Origin: Octopus bimaculoides
Taxonomy: Eukaryota
DNA length: 34,260 nucleotides
Direction: 5' to 3'
Assembly: GCF_001194135.2 (NCBI RefSeq)
Contig: NC_068981.1
Coordinates: forward strand, 161,067,856-161,102,115
The translations under genes and the position numbers were made by a program. This document shows positions 22,137-33,354 of the stretch, piece by piece. The notes beneath the pieces are model-generated. The model did no database searches. It had not been told where the DNA came from and worked only from the letters and a program-made list of their open reading frames with translations. Every line of letters starts with the position of its first letter. Position 1 is the first letter of the stretch.

Positions 22137-22194
22137 GTTTTAAGAAAATAAGATATTTATTAAAAGAACACAAACAAAAAACAGACAAGTGCAG

Positions 22195-22326
22195 ACATGG
22201 TTATGGTTTCAGGTTCAGTCCCACTGCATGGCACTTTGGGAAAATGTCTTCTATTATAGCCCTAAGCTGACAGATGTTTTGTGAGTGAATGTAGTAGACA
22301 GAAACTGTATAGGAGCCTGTTGTACA

Positions 22327-22359
<33 letters not shown>

Positions 22360-22573
22360 ATGTGAGCGTACATGCCTGTTTATCCTCTACCTCTTCTTGA
22401 CAACCAGTGTTGGTTTGTTTACATCCTCATAACTTAGCACTTTGGCAAAAGTGATTGATAAAATAAGTACCAGACTTCAGAAGTAGGTCCTGGAGTCAGT
22501 TTGTTTAACTAAACCTTTCAAGGCAGTTCCCCGGCATGGCCACAGTAAAGAGACTAAAACAAGCAAAAGATAA
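22195..22573 (+). mobile_element. SINE family B, near full length, with internal (TG)n
   Basis: Collinear with 12718-13113. The internal (TG)n is at 22328-22358. Confidence 0.78.
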
Positions 22574-22634
22574 CTCCCAACAAAAAAAAAAAGATAAACA
22601 AATTATATCTCCTCCACTCCAGGCCTCACTTTTG

Positions 22635-23144
22635 GCACTCGTGCCAGTGAAATGTTAAAAGCACATCCAAATGTGGGGTGTAACCGGCCAACTTATGAGT
22701 CCCCCTCATTCATTGGACAATGAACTTTGCTGGCGAAGACCTATTGAGGCAAGTGTAAACAAATCAAAATCACTGATGTGGCCGATGACAGGGGAACATT
22801 AAAAGAAGCATATCCAAGTGTGATTGTTGCCAGGGCCACGGATTGGCTACCATGCCGGTGGCATGTAAAAAGCACCATTCGAGTGAGATTGTTGCCAGCA
22901 TCGCCTTACCAGCACATGTGCCGGTGGCACGTGAAAAACAATATTTGAGCATGGTCATTGCCAGTGCTGCTGGACTGGCTCCCGTGCAGGTAGCACATAA
23001 AAATACCTTTTGAGTGTGGTTGTTGCCAGAATCGCCTGACTGGCCCTCATGCTAGTGGCACGTTAAAAGCACCCACTACACTCTCGGAGTGGTTGGTGTT
23101 AGGAAGGGCATCCAGCTGTAGAAACTTTGCCAGATCAGAGGATG

Positions 23145-23200
<56 letters not shown>
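22635..23200 (+). mobile_element. RTEX-like LINE 3' UTR with ~55-65-bp subrepeats and (GAT)n tail
   Basis: Units GAGY(G/A)TG..YGTTGCCAG..GTGGCAYGTRAAAA, then GCACCCACTACACTCTCGGAGTGGTTGGTGTTAGGAAGGGCATCCAGCTGTAGAAAC and about 18 GAT copies. Confidence 0.85.
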
Positions 23201-23201
<1 letters not shown>

Positions 23202-23649
23202 CCAATCCTTCCTTTCTATAATGATCAAACCAATATTTGTCAAAAGTCATTTCTTGGCCCATAGATGCCTGCTCTTCTACTGATTATATATGTAAATATT
23301 TTGCTGCATAATGAGCTAGAGTAGCAAGAATTCTTCCACTGTCTTGAAGTAGATCAAAGTACTTGTATTGCTACACCCTCAGTCTTTTAGGACCACCAAC
23401 AAATGTTCTGCAATCTTTTGTGACACCACTGAATTGTCAGTTGGTCATTAAATACCTTTATACTGGAATGTAATATGCATATTTACCATTCAATCCTTGC
23501 TTCAAAAGTAAAACATATAAAACTCAAAAGAAAATAGAAAAAAAAACATTGAAAATGATAAAAACTGGTTCATAGCTGGGTTCTTGAATATCATTATATA
23601 TAATGATAGGTTTCAGTCATTCGCACAGACTTTTATCTCCGACAAGGTC

Positions 23650-23960
23650 GATAGTGCAAAACCACTTCTGATCTTATTAGTGCAATCAATGTAGTCTCAA
23701 AGCAAACAGATACAGCTTACTTTCACATAGATTACATACATTAGCAAAAGACCACCAATGAAAATGGAGAACAGAGGTAAGTTAAATACTGAGCCCTGTG
23801 GAAGATGCATTGGGTGATAGATCAGAATCAAAAGGGAGACATAAATTTTCTCATTAAGTAGCTTTGCATCCATCTAAACAGTATCCTATGTGTTTCAATT
23901 TGGTGCAAAGTTTCTTATTCATCATCAGCTAAATATATCCATTGATGTTCAGAGCTTTGT
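23650..23960 (-). pseudogene. Decayed CR1/L2-group reverse transcriptase fragment
   Basis: Minus strand gives LFRWMQSYL, then LPQGSVFNLPLFSIFIGGL, then KLYLFA at the YADD position. Confidence 0.5.
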
Positions 23961-24069
23961 AACCTGTTCAGACAATAATCATATGAAAGAATAGTATAAT
24001 GGTTTGTTGTGCCACAGTTTTGTTAGAAGCTAAATTTACTGCTTGGAATGAATTACTTTATCTTCATTT

Positions 24070-24300
24070 TTAACCTGTTACCATTCAGATTATTTTCTCA
24101 AATGTATTGCTTATTTATTCACATTGTTTTGAATTAATCATGCATTATCTTGTAACTTTGAGATTTTCTAAATATGATTGCTTATTGCTTGAAGAAGACA
24201 TTGCCAGGTTGGTATGAGAGGCTGCATCAGGCTGGTTTGAACATAAAATAGGAACAATATTTAGGCTGGATGTAACTGGTTTGAATTCTAATGGAGTTAA
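24070..24300 (+). mobile_element. piggyBac-like MITE, full length but diverged
   Basis: TTAA at both ends (24070-24073, 24297-24300) with degenerate TIRs (TTAACCTGTTACCATTCAGA / TTTGAATTCTAATGGAGTTAA). The internal sequence is shared with 21506-21666. Confidence 0.6.
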
Positions 24301-24419
24301 AAAGATAGACTTGTAGATATTATGTCCTGATGAGTCCATTACTTTGATGGCAAAATTGAATAATGATACTCCTAAGCATTTTGATAGATTGGCTCTAGGT
24401 TACTTATGGATAAATCATA

Positions 24420-24812
24420 GTTGTAACCAGTGCCAGTGTTGTGTAACTGGCTCCTGTGCTGGTGGCATGCAAAAAAGCACTCTTTGAACTTTGGGCCTCA
24501 TGGAGGCAGTGACAAGTGACCAAGACATTTGGCAATATACTGTGCTCAAAAAGATCTGCCAAGCCAAGTGAGGTCATAGTCATGGCCAATGCTAGTGTTT
24601 TGTAAATGGCACCCATGTTGGTGGCATGTATAAAGCACCCACTACACTCTTGGAGTGGTTGGAGTTAGGAAAGACGTCCAGCTGTAGAAACCATGCCAAA
24701 TCAGACTAGAACCTGGTGCAGCTCTCCAGCTTACCAGTTTTCAGTCAAACCGTCCAACCCATGCCAGCATGGAAAACAGACGTCAAAAGATGATGATGAT
24801 GATGATGATGAT
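24420..24812 (+). mobile_element. RTEX-like LINE 3' fragment (UTR unit, ORF2 end, UTR, tail)
   Basis: 24491-24571 translates LGLMEAVTSDQDIWQYTVLKKICQAK*. The tail is CGTCCAACCCATGCCAGCATGGAAAACAGACGTCAAAA(GAT)n. Confidence 0.85.
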
Positions 24813-25149
24813 GGTGATGGTGATAATGGTGATCACAGTGGCAGTCTTCTATTGGTGTGAAAGATAAACCACGTGTATAGCACATATGAAATAGGTGTCA
24901 CAGGAATTGCCTGGAATTTGATCACTGCCAGATCCTTTGTTGATTTTCAGTATCTGCGTTGGATAAAGTTTTTAGTGTTAAGTATGATGGCTTGTAGCTT
25001 TCTATCAGATGAAACGAAGCAATGAAGCATGGCTGTTTAAATGCTGAAGATTTGGCTTGGCTGACTAGACTTTGTCTGTTTTGGGAACAACATTTTAGCA
25101 CTGGAGGCAAACACTCACATGAACAGGTGCTCTGAAATATATGAATTGA

Positions 25150-25300
25150 GATAAATAAATAGATAGATAGATAGATAGATAGATAAATAGATAGACAGAC
25201 AGATAGATAGATAGAAAGAAAGAAAGAAAGAAAGAAAGAGAGAGTGAGTGAATGAGTGACTGAGTGAGTGAATGAGATAGATAAATAGAAAGAGAGGGGA
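25150..25300. repeat. (TAGA)n(GAAA)n(GAGT)n compound microsatellite
   Basis: Directly visible. Confidence 0.92.
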
Positions 25301-26527
25301 AGAGAGAGGAAATTACAGTTTATTAATTGAACATGATTGACATAAATACTTTCCTTCTCATCATATGCATAAAGAGAAATATGGTCACATACATAAACAG
25401 AGAGAGAGAGAGGGGGAGGTTAAAGTGTCTAATGTTAAATAAGCCAACATCAAATCAGCAGCACTAAATAGGCAGCACTGGAACACCTCATACTCTGTAT
25501 AATCTGAAGATTACCAGACATTTGGTCATTAGTCACCTGGCAAAAGATGTAGACTTGTCTTTCACGGCTGTTCTCTAGTTATTTAGTTCATTTGAGCCAT
25601 CATAATCAAGACAATACAGAAGCCCAACTTCTATAAAGTATTATATTATGATATCACTGTGTTTCTAGATCAGATAATTATCACACCTTACTTACTCTAC
25701 ATCAAGCAGCAGGTTACGTATTTTATTAGCAAACCACTTTTCTGTGTCCTTCATCTACTTTTTAACGCTATTCAGAAAAGTATGTGAAAAACAACTTCCT
25801 GCTTCCCCTTTCCGTAAGAGTAAGGTTCTTGTTCCAAATAATAACAGATCAATAACTTTAGTTCCTATTTCTTGTTCGTAATTCACATGTACATATATGC
25901 ATATACACATAAATATATTCACATATGTAACATGGACATTGATATTTTGTTTTAGCAGTACACTTTATAACATAGCTGTCCATTAATTCTTCTCATAAGA
26001 ACAATAAGCAAGAACACACTGTGGTTTCATCCTTTCTTCTATTTTGGGGTAAGGGTTTATCACTTTTTTTTTTTCCTTGCCTAACACCATATCAAACCAA
26101 CGATAGCAGCATTCATAATACCAAGAAATATCAAACAATAAATATACCAATGGAAGAATGAAATGGAAATAAGTGGATCAATAAAAGAAAATTTTAGAAA
26201 TGTTTTAGAAGCACAAATTTTGTGGTATTAGTTCAAAGTGTTTCAAATGTTTCATGTTGGAAGGTATGAAACCAAACAATCACTATGTAAAATTAACTAT
26301 CTCATCTCGATGGTAATATTATCTCATTCTGTATTAATAACACTGTCATGTTGGAAGTTTTACACAAAAGGAATGTTGAAAGATAGTGAGAAATATAGGA
26401 AGCAAGAGAAAAAGAGGAGGAGGAGAATGATAGTAAGTGTAGAGTGAGTAATGGAAAAATAAAGAGGAAAAAGAGGTTTAAAATCAAAGGGAAATACAAA
26501 TGTAAATGAATAAATGAACAAAAATCA

Positions 26528-26528
26528 T

Positions 26529-26582
<54 letters not shown>

Positions 26583-26623
26583 CTCTATCTATCAATCTAT
26601 CTATCTATCTATCTATCTATCTA
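26528..26623. repeat. (TCTA)n microsatellite
   Basis: Directly visible. Confidence 0.95.
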
Positions 26624-26805
26624 TAATCAAAGAGAAATATAAATATATATAAATAAATGAACAAAACTCAGTTATATATCTATATGTATATCCATATACA
26701 TGTGTATATTATATATATATATATATATATATATTATGATTTTGCTTAACCATAGTGATGCTAATAACTAGTTGTCAATATACATAAGCTTTAAGATGTT
26801 GAGCA

Positions 26806-27015
26806 GGCAGAATTGTTAGCATGCCAGGCAAAATGCCTAGTGGCATTTCATCTGTCTTTACATTCAAAGTATTTTCAAAGTCAGCCACAGTCAACCTTGC
26901 TTTTCACCCTTTCAAGGCTGGTAGAATAAATACCAGTTGAGCACTGGGGTTGATGTAATCAACTTACCCCACCCCTGAAATTGCTGACCTTGTGTAAAAA
27001 TTTGAAACCAATATG
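26806..27015 (+). mobile_element. SINE family A, diverged copy
   Basis: GGCAGAATTGTTAGCATGCCAGGCAAAATGCCTAG..CCTTGCTTTTCACCCTTTC..TACCAGTTGAGCACTGGGGTTGATGTAATCAACTTA, collinear with 124-280. Confidence 0.72.
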
Positions 27016-27249
27016 CATAGGCTTTAGAATAAAACATTAGATGAGTACAGGATGTAATATTCACTATTGAATGAAAATGGAACAAGAATTACATTGGCAT
27101 CTTCATTAGTTCACAGTTGTTTCTGCAATAAGAAACTGTGCATTCAGAGCTAAGTGCTTGTGCAATGTTTTATAGATTCCTTGGAGCCATTAAAATGAAG
27201 TGTTTGTTTATATCGGAAAGCATTTAAATATATATACCGAACACACATA

Positions 27250-27755
27250 CACAAGGTATGTATGATGTTAGTTTGTGGGTTAGCTGCAGTTTTTAGGCAT
27301 AAGAGAATATATTTTCTATGTGCCTGGTGCCAAAAACACTTGGAAGTCACAGTCAAGTAAAACAACTCACATCAGGTCTCTTCTTGGAGTGCCAGATATC
27401 AGTGTTTCATAATTGTTTTGACTCATCAGTGCTGCATACTGAACGAGTCTGCTGCAAGCTATATTGGCGACTATGACTATATGCTAAATAGTTTAAATAC
27501 CATCTGCTGGCATCTCTCAACGTTTCATGCTACAGAAAAAAATTCAAACATGAATTAGAAGCAGCTCTAAGTATATAAACAAAATCGGAAATATACACAA
27601 GTTATGTGTGTTGTTAGTTTGTGGGTAGCTGCAGTTTTTAGGCATAAGAGAATATATTCTCTATGTGCCTGGTGTAAAAAAACATCTGAGAGTAAGTCAC
27701 AGTCAAGTGAGACAACTCACATTAGATCCCTTCTTGGAGTGACAGACACTGATGT
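27250..27755. repeat. Two diverged ~155-bp direct repeats, 346-bp period
   Basis: GTTAGTTTGTGGGT at 27267 and 27613, followed by shared sequence through CTTCTTGGAGTG.CAGA. Confidence 0.85.
27391..27436 (-). ncRNA. Degenerate minimal type I hammerhead-ribozyme-like motif
   Basis: Minus strand reads GCA-CTGATGA-GTCAAAACAATTAT-GAAAC-ACTGAT-ATC-TG. Both core boxes are intact, but stems I and II are poorly paired. Confidence 0.35.
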
Positions 27756-28819
27756 GAACAATTTTGCTTATATACCTCGAGCTGCTTCTGATTCATATTT
27801 GTATATATATATATGTGTGTTATGTGTGTGTATGTAATACATATGGAAACCTATGTAGTAGAATGTAAACAAGGTAAATGGAATTATTTCTCCAAAGATT
27901 AGGAAAATGATAAACAGCCTTAATTGGTTTATGAACCTTGTTGGGTTCTCAACAGAGATGTCTACATTCCAGAAAAATTAGTAGCCAATATATTTATATA
28001 CTCACCAAATCCAGTAGCCATAGAAAACCAGAACTACTATTTTTGTATTCTATAAGAATGTAACACTTTATTTAATTCCATCTACCTGTCAACGGAATAT
28101 CAGTCCACTCAGTAACAATGTATGATACAATTTGTTAAATGTGTCTATGTGTAATATATATATATATATATAAGACTTGTATTAAATATCAGAGTGGAAT
28201 ATTTTACACTTGGCATGGAAGTGCTAGAAAAGATGGCTTGGTTTAGTATGGAAGTTCATCTTGTTAAATGCCACATGTGAAGGGTCAAACAATTCACCCT
28301 CTGCATGATTTTAAGTTTCTGAAGTGATAAATTTATGGCGAAATTAGTTCTTGGTGAGTGTTTCTTGTACAAATTAAAAGAGATATTTTATGAAGTTAAG
28401 AAAAAAAAAAAAAAAAAAAAAAAANNNNNNNNNNNNNNNNNNNNNNNNNNNNNNNNNNNNNNNNNNNNNNNNNNNNNNNNNNNNNNNNNNNNNNNNNNNN
28501 NNNNNNNNNNNNNNNNNNNNNNNNNNNNNNNNNNNNNNNNNNNNNNNNNNNNNNNNNNNNNNNNNNNNNNNNNNNNNNNNNNNNNNNNNNNNNNNNNNNN
28601 NNNNNNNNNNNNNNNNNNNNNNNNNNNNNNNNNNNNNNNNNNNNNNNNNNNNNNNNNNNNNNNNNNNNNNNNNNNNNNNNNNNNNNNNNNNNNNNNNNNN
28701 NNNNNNNNNNNNNNNNNNNNNNNNNNNNNNNNNNNNNNNNNNNNNNNNNNNNNNNNNNNNNNNNNNNNNNNNNNNNNNNNNNNNNNNNNNNNNNNNNNNN
28801 NNNNNNNNNNNNNNNNNNN

Positions 28820-28872
<53 letters not shown>

Positions 28873-28966
28873 CACACACAGACTACTCAAATAAACACAA
28901 ACACATACAGACAGTTAATACCACATGTTGACCTCTCAGAGCAACATTAACACACACACACACGCA

Positions 28967-29568
28967 CACATTACACATCCAGTGAAGCATACTGGCTTCA
29001 TTTCTTGAAAGCATACACATGTCCTCAGCAGTCATGGCCCATGTTTCACTGCCATGTAGCATGGCTGTTTGCACACATGCATCATACAGTCTACCTTTTT
29101 CTCTGAGAGAGAGGCCTTTTGTCACCAACAGAGGTAGGAGCTCTCTGAACTTTGCCCAGGCTATTCTTATTCTAGCAGTTACACTTTCAGAGCATCTACC
29201 CCCACTACTGACTTGCTCGCCTAGGTAACGGAAGCTATCAACTACTTGTAGTTTTTCCCCCTGGAATGTGACGGAAGCTGTTCTCTGAACATTTTCAGTG
29301 TTTATTGCTCCTGAGCATTTGCCACACACAAAAACTATCTTCCCAGTTAGCCTTCCTTTGATATTGCTGCACCTCTTATGTGTCCATAGCTTACCCTGGG
29401 TACATCTTATGGTTTTACTACCTACCTTTTCGACAGATCAAGCAGAGCCATCTACCTGAAGGGATTTGTGATTTGTCTGCCTTCCTACTTATTAAGACTT
29501 TGGCTTTTGCTAGGTTGACTCTAAGGCCCTTCGATTCTAATCTTTGCTTCCCTCTTCCACACCTGAAA
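28967..29568 (-). pseudogene. RTEX-like ORF2 fragment: RT C-terminal motifs, embedded PHD-like finger and thumb
   Basis: LESKGLRVNLAKAKVLI..GRWLCLICRKG/GSKTIRCTQGKLWTHKRCSNIKG..FVCGKCSG..EKLQVVDSFRYLGEQVSSGG..ARIRIAWAKFRELLPLL..KGRLYDACVQTAMLHGSETW..RNEASMLHWMCNV. One frameshift near 29425. Overlaps ORF 28883..29329. Confidence 0.9.
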
Positions 29569-30607
29569 TATATATANNNNNNNNNNNNNNNNNNNNNNNN
29601 NNNNNNNNNNNNNNNNNNNNNNNNNNNNNNNNNNNNNNNNNNNNNNNNNNNNNNNNNNNNNNNNNNNNNNATATATATATATATATATAGATGTATCTTT
29701 TTTTAAAGCAATCCTTGAATTGCCTAAAAGGTTTTCCTTTCCAATTCATCAACTCTCATTATTCTGGTTTTTCTTTTCTTTTTTTTTTTAGATATGGATT
29801 TAGAGATTTCCTCACATTAGTAAGTACAAATGTTTTCCAACTGTGTTCATCCTCTGAAATTATGAAATTCAAATTTCAACACAATGACAATATTAAATAA
29901 AATTAATAAGAGAAGAATACGAATCAAAATCAAATGTAATAAAAGATTTATGATAAAACAATTTCATTTATATTATTGCAATGAAATACATTTGCAAGAT
30001 TTGAATAAGAAGCTTTGATTCCACAAAACAAGATGGTTCATCACAGTTGGAGCTCATTCATTCTTACAGCTGTTTGATAAATTGATAAATAAATTCTGAT
30101 TCTTTGTTGACTTCACTGTTGAAATCGGTAACATTTTTTTGTGTGTGCAAGCATGAAGAACAAAATGAAACAGATTAATTTGTTTTGGTTTTGTGGAATT
30201 TCTAATTCAGACAGTAAAGTAAAGAATGCAACAAATGAAAGCACAAATATAGACAAGTTTGTATTATTTGCTGCACTCATCTGACACAGTTGCATGCCAA
30301 AACACAGCTAAGGCAACTGAACTTCCTATTGACACATAGTCCAAGCAGCCCCAATCAATATACTATATCATCTGTATATATGACTATTCAGGACTGTTAT
30401 TTACATATTTAAACATGCATGCGCACACACACACACACACACACGCACGCGCGCACGTATGTATGTATCTCTATCTATCTGTCTGTCTATATATATTCAT
30501 ATATACATATACATACATACATGTACACACACTTGCACACATATATATAGACACACATACATAATATGTATGTACGTATGTTTATGCAAGTGTGTGTATG
30601 TATGTCT

Positions 30608-31420
30608 AAATGAGCGGAGGTAGAGGCTAATGTAGGTTAATGAATGATGAATAAGGGTAGGGTTGCATATGATGGGAATGATGGGAACCAGTATGTAGAG
30701 GGGTAAGATGAGGAATGTGTGAGTAGCTCAGGAAAGAAGATAGAACAAAAAGTAGTAGAATGATGTACAAGGTGTAGGAGTTGCGAAGAAGTTAGATACA
30801 GGGATATATAAAGGGATACAGTAGGTGGGTCATGATGGCAGATATGGGAGGGTACTGAGAATGATAGCAGATAAGGGAAGTGTTTAGAATGGAGTATAAC
30901 AGAGGAGAGAAAGAGCAGTGAATGAAGGCACAGAAGAGAAGTGATTGGTTGGAATATTGTGAGGTGGGATGATGAGGAATGGAAGTAGTTCCAGGAGGAA
31001 AGGGGACTGTCTGGAAGAGAATAAGATGTAATAAGTGCAATACTGCTCTTAGATGATTACAGTAGCTGTATATTGTGTCATAGATGGGAGGGGGTGAGAG
31101 TGGGAGAGGAATGCTTGATGTGTTGGGAGGGGGATAGAGGAAAGGGACAGGGTTTTGCATGTGAAAGCATAACTGAGTCCTTTTAAGAAATCATTTTTGC
31201 TATAATGGGTGGTTTTCTTGAGCACAGCAAAATGCCAATCACCATGGTTCTTTGTCATCTCCTCTGTAAGACTCAAAGATTTGAGATCATCCCATATCTT
31301 CCTAGGTCTCCTTCCTCCATGGGTCCCTTCCAGTTTAAGCAATCAGCACTACTTTTTGCAGCTGTCCTCAACCATATACATCACAGGACCAAACAAGCGC
31401 AGTCTTCTCTCTTGCATGCT
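30608..31420 (-). mobile_element. RTEX-like ORF2 C-terminus followed by ~600 bp of pyrimidine-rich sequence (putative 3' UTR)
   Basis: 31420-31211 (-) translates SMQERRLRLFGPVMYMVEDSCKK*C*LLKLEGTHGGRRPRKIWDDLKSLSLTEEMTKNHGDWHFAVLKKT. Assigning the downstream tract as its UTR is an inference. Confidence 0.75.
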
Positions 31421-31520
31421 ATATATATATATGTGTGTGTGTTTGTGTGTGTGTATACACACACACACACACACACACACTTTCATAGATATACACATGC
31501 ATGCATACATGCATACAATA

Positions 31521-31589
<69 letters not shown>

Positions 31590-31607
31590 TGGCTCTCTAG
31601 TATATAT

Positions 31608-31803
31608 GTACTGGCTCTATAGTACAAATGTCTTGTTTTCATAAATTTTGAATTAAAATCTTCCACCAAACTTTAGTCACAATTTATGTTCCTAACACCA
31701 GCTTAATGATAACTAAGTTATTTTACTAAATTCTTTGTTATATTTAAAATTAATTGAAAGAAACACAGAGTATCTCAAAAATAAATATGATAACAAAAGG
31801 GTT
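31608..31803 (-). mobile_element. Second piggyBac-like MITE family, one end
   Basis: Terminus AACCCTTTTGTTATCAT (reverse complement of 31787-31803). The other end is missing. Confidence 0.45.
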
Positions 31804-31981
31804 GAAACTATCTCAGCCTCATCACCAGGATATGAAGTGTTGTTGGCTTTTGTACAGCTTCTTTTATTGTGCGCAGTTTTTGTTAATGCAGGTTTTCATT
31901 CCAGGTTCTGACAGTACCATGTCATCTAGCACATATTTTGGCTGTTGAAGTCATACATCATCAGTTTCATTCTTTAAAATT

Positions 31982-32250
31982 CAGGTGTGGGACCTTGCCA
32001 AAGGCTTTCTCCATATTGACAAATGCCAAATGAAGTGGTTTACTTTTGACTAAATACTCCTCTTGCAGTTGACTTACAAGAGAGAAAATATCAGCAGTAT
32101 ATCCCAGGCACAAAATCAAACCACAATTCATCTAGCATAATTCTCTTCCTAATTAATTGATCTATAACACTTTCTTGTACCTACCATGACCTTGTCCATC
32201 AATTTGATACCGCTGTAATTACTTCTTAAGGTATTTCCCTTATCCTTGTA
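31982..32250 (-). pseudogene. RTE/RTEX-like reverse transcriptase N-terminal motifs
   Basis: Frameshifted YKDKGNTLRSNYSGIKLMDKVM / ESVIDQLIRKRIMLDELWFDFVPG / TADIFSLVSQLQEEYLVKSKPLHLAFVNMEKAFGKVP. It is not present in the ORF track. Confidence 0.85.
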
Positions 32251-32579
32251 CAATTATTGACTATAATGCTACTACATCAGTTATTGGGTATTATGTATAT
32301 AAATATATATATTTACATATACCTATCTATATATATATTCGATCCAAAGGGTTCTTTAACCCAATATTTACATACTATTATTTATTGCTTTATCTTCTCC
32401 AAGTTCTTCTGATGAAAAAGAAAAAAAAATATATATATGCACATACGCACACATGTAAACGCACACATATATAAGACTTGGTTGCAAGAAGTTTGCTTTG
32501 CAACCACATGGCTCTAACTTCAGTCACCACCATGTGATACATGCATATGTATACTCTTGGTGCATGAGTCATTCTGTAA

Positions 32580-32647
32580 CTTCTACTGATTCTTAATAAT
32601 ATATATATATACATATATACACATATACACACACACATATATACATC

Positions 32648-32732
<85 letters not shown>

Positions 32733-32822
32733 GTATATATACATAAATACATACATACATAAATACATACATACATAAATACATACATACATATATATAC
32801 ATAAATACATACATATATATGA
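32580..32822. repeat. (AT)n / (ATAC)n microsatellite
   Basis: Directly visible. Confidence 0.95.
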
Positions 32823-32872
32823 GTGTATCTTTTCTCTGACTTATGGACTCTTAGATGATTCATGCATATATA

Positions 32873-33026
32873 TCATCATCATTTAACGTCCTCTTTCCAT
32901 GCTAGCATGGGTTGGACGACTTGACTGGGGACTGACGAACCAGATGGCTACACCAAATTCCAATCTGATCTGGCAGAGTTTCTACAGCTGGATGCCGTTC
33001 CTAATGCCAACCACTCCAAGAGTGTA

Positions 33027-33028
<2 letters not shown>
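32873..33028 (-). mobile_element. RTEX-like 3' tail, short 5'-truncated copy
   Basis: Reverse complement of about 33830-33985. Confidence 0.85.
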
Positions 33029-33060
<32 letters not shown>

Positions 33061-33064
<4 letters not shown>

Positions 33065-33286
33065 TTTTATTCTTTTACTTGTTTAAGTCATTTGACTGTG
33101 GCCATGCTGGAGCGCTGCCTTAAAGGGTTTTTTAGTCAAAGAAATCAACCTCAGGACTTTTCTTTGTAAGCCTAGTACTTATTCTATCAGTCTCTTTTGC
33201 CTAACCACTAAGTTATGGGGACAACATCGGTTGTCAAGCAATGGTAGGGGGACAAACGCTGTCACAAAGACACATAGATATATGCA

Positions 33287-33317
<31 letters not shown>

Positions 33318-33348
33318 CTGATGGGCTTCTTTCAGTTTCTGTTTATAC
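33061..33348 (-). mobile_element. SINE family B, 3' two-thirds
   Basis: TTCTTTTACTTGTTTAAGTCATTTGACTGTGGCCATGCTGGAGC..GGGCTTCTTTCAGTTTCTG. Confidence 0.8.
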
Positions 33349-33354
33349 ATACTT

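Noticed and set aside
24327-24355. CTGATGA-GTCCAT..ATGGC-AAAA hammerhead-like motif
   Set aside because: It needs both an insertion and a substitution to restore stem II and GAAA, and no stem III or NUH follows.
30071-30128. Exon-like segment between TTCTTACAG and GTAACA
   Set aside because: All three frames contain stop codons.
277-32863. Numerous ORFs rich in YI/CV/HT/LS dipeptides and ORFs spanning X runs
   Set aside because: They are translations of (AT)n, (GT)n, (CA)n and (CT)n microsatellites or of N-gaps, with no coding signal.
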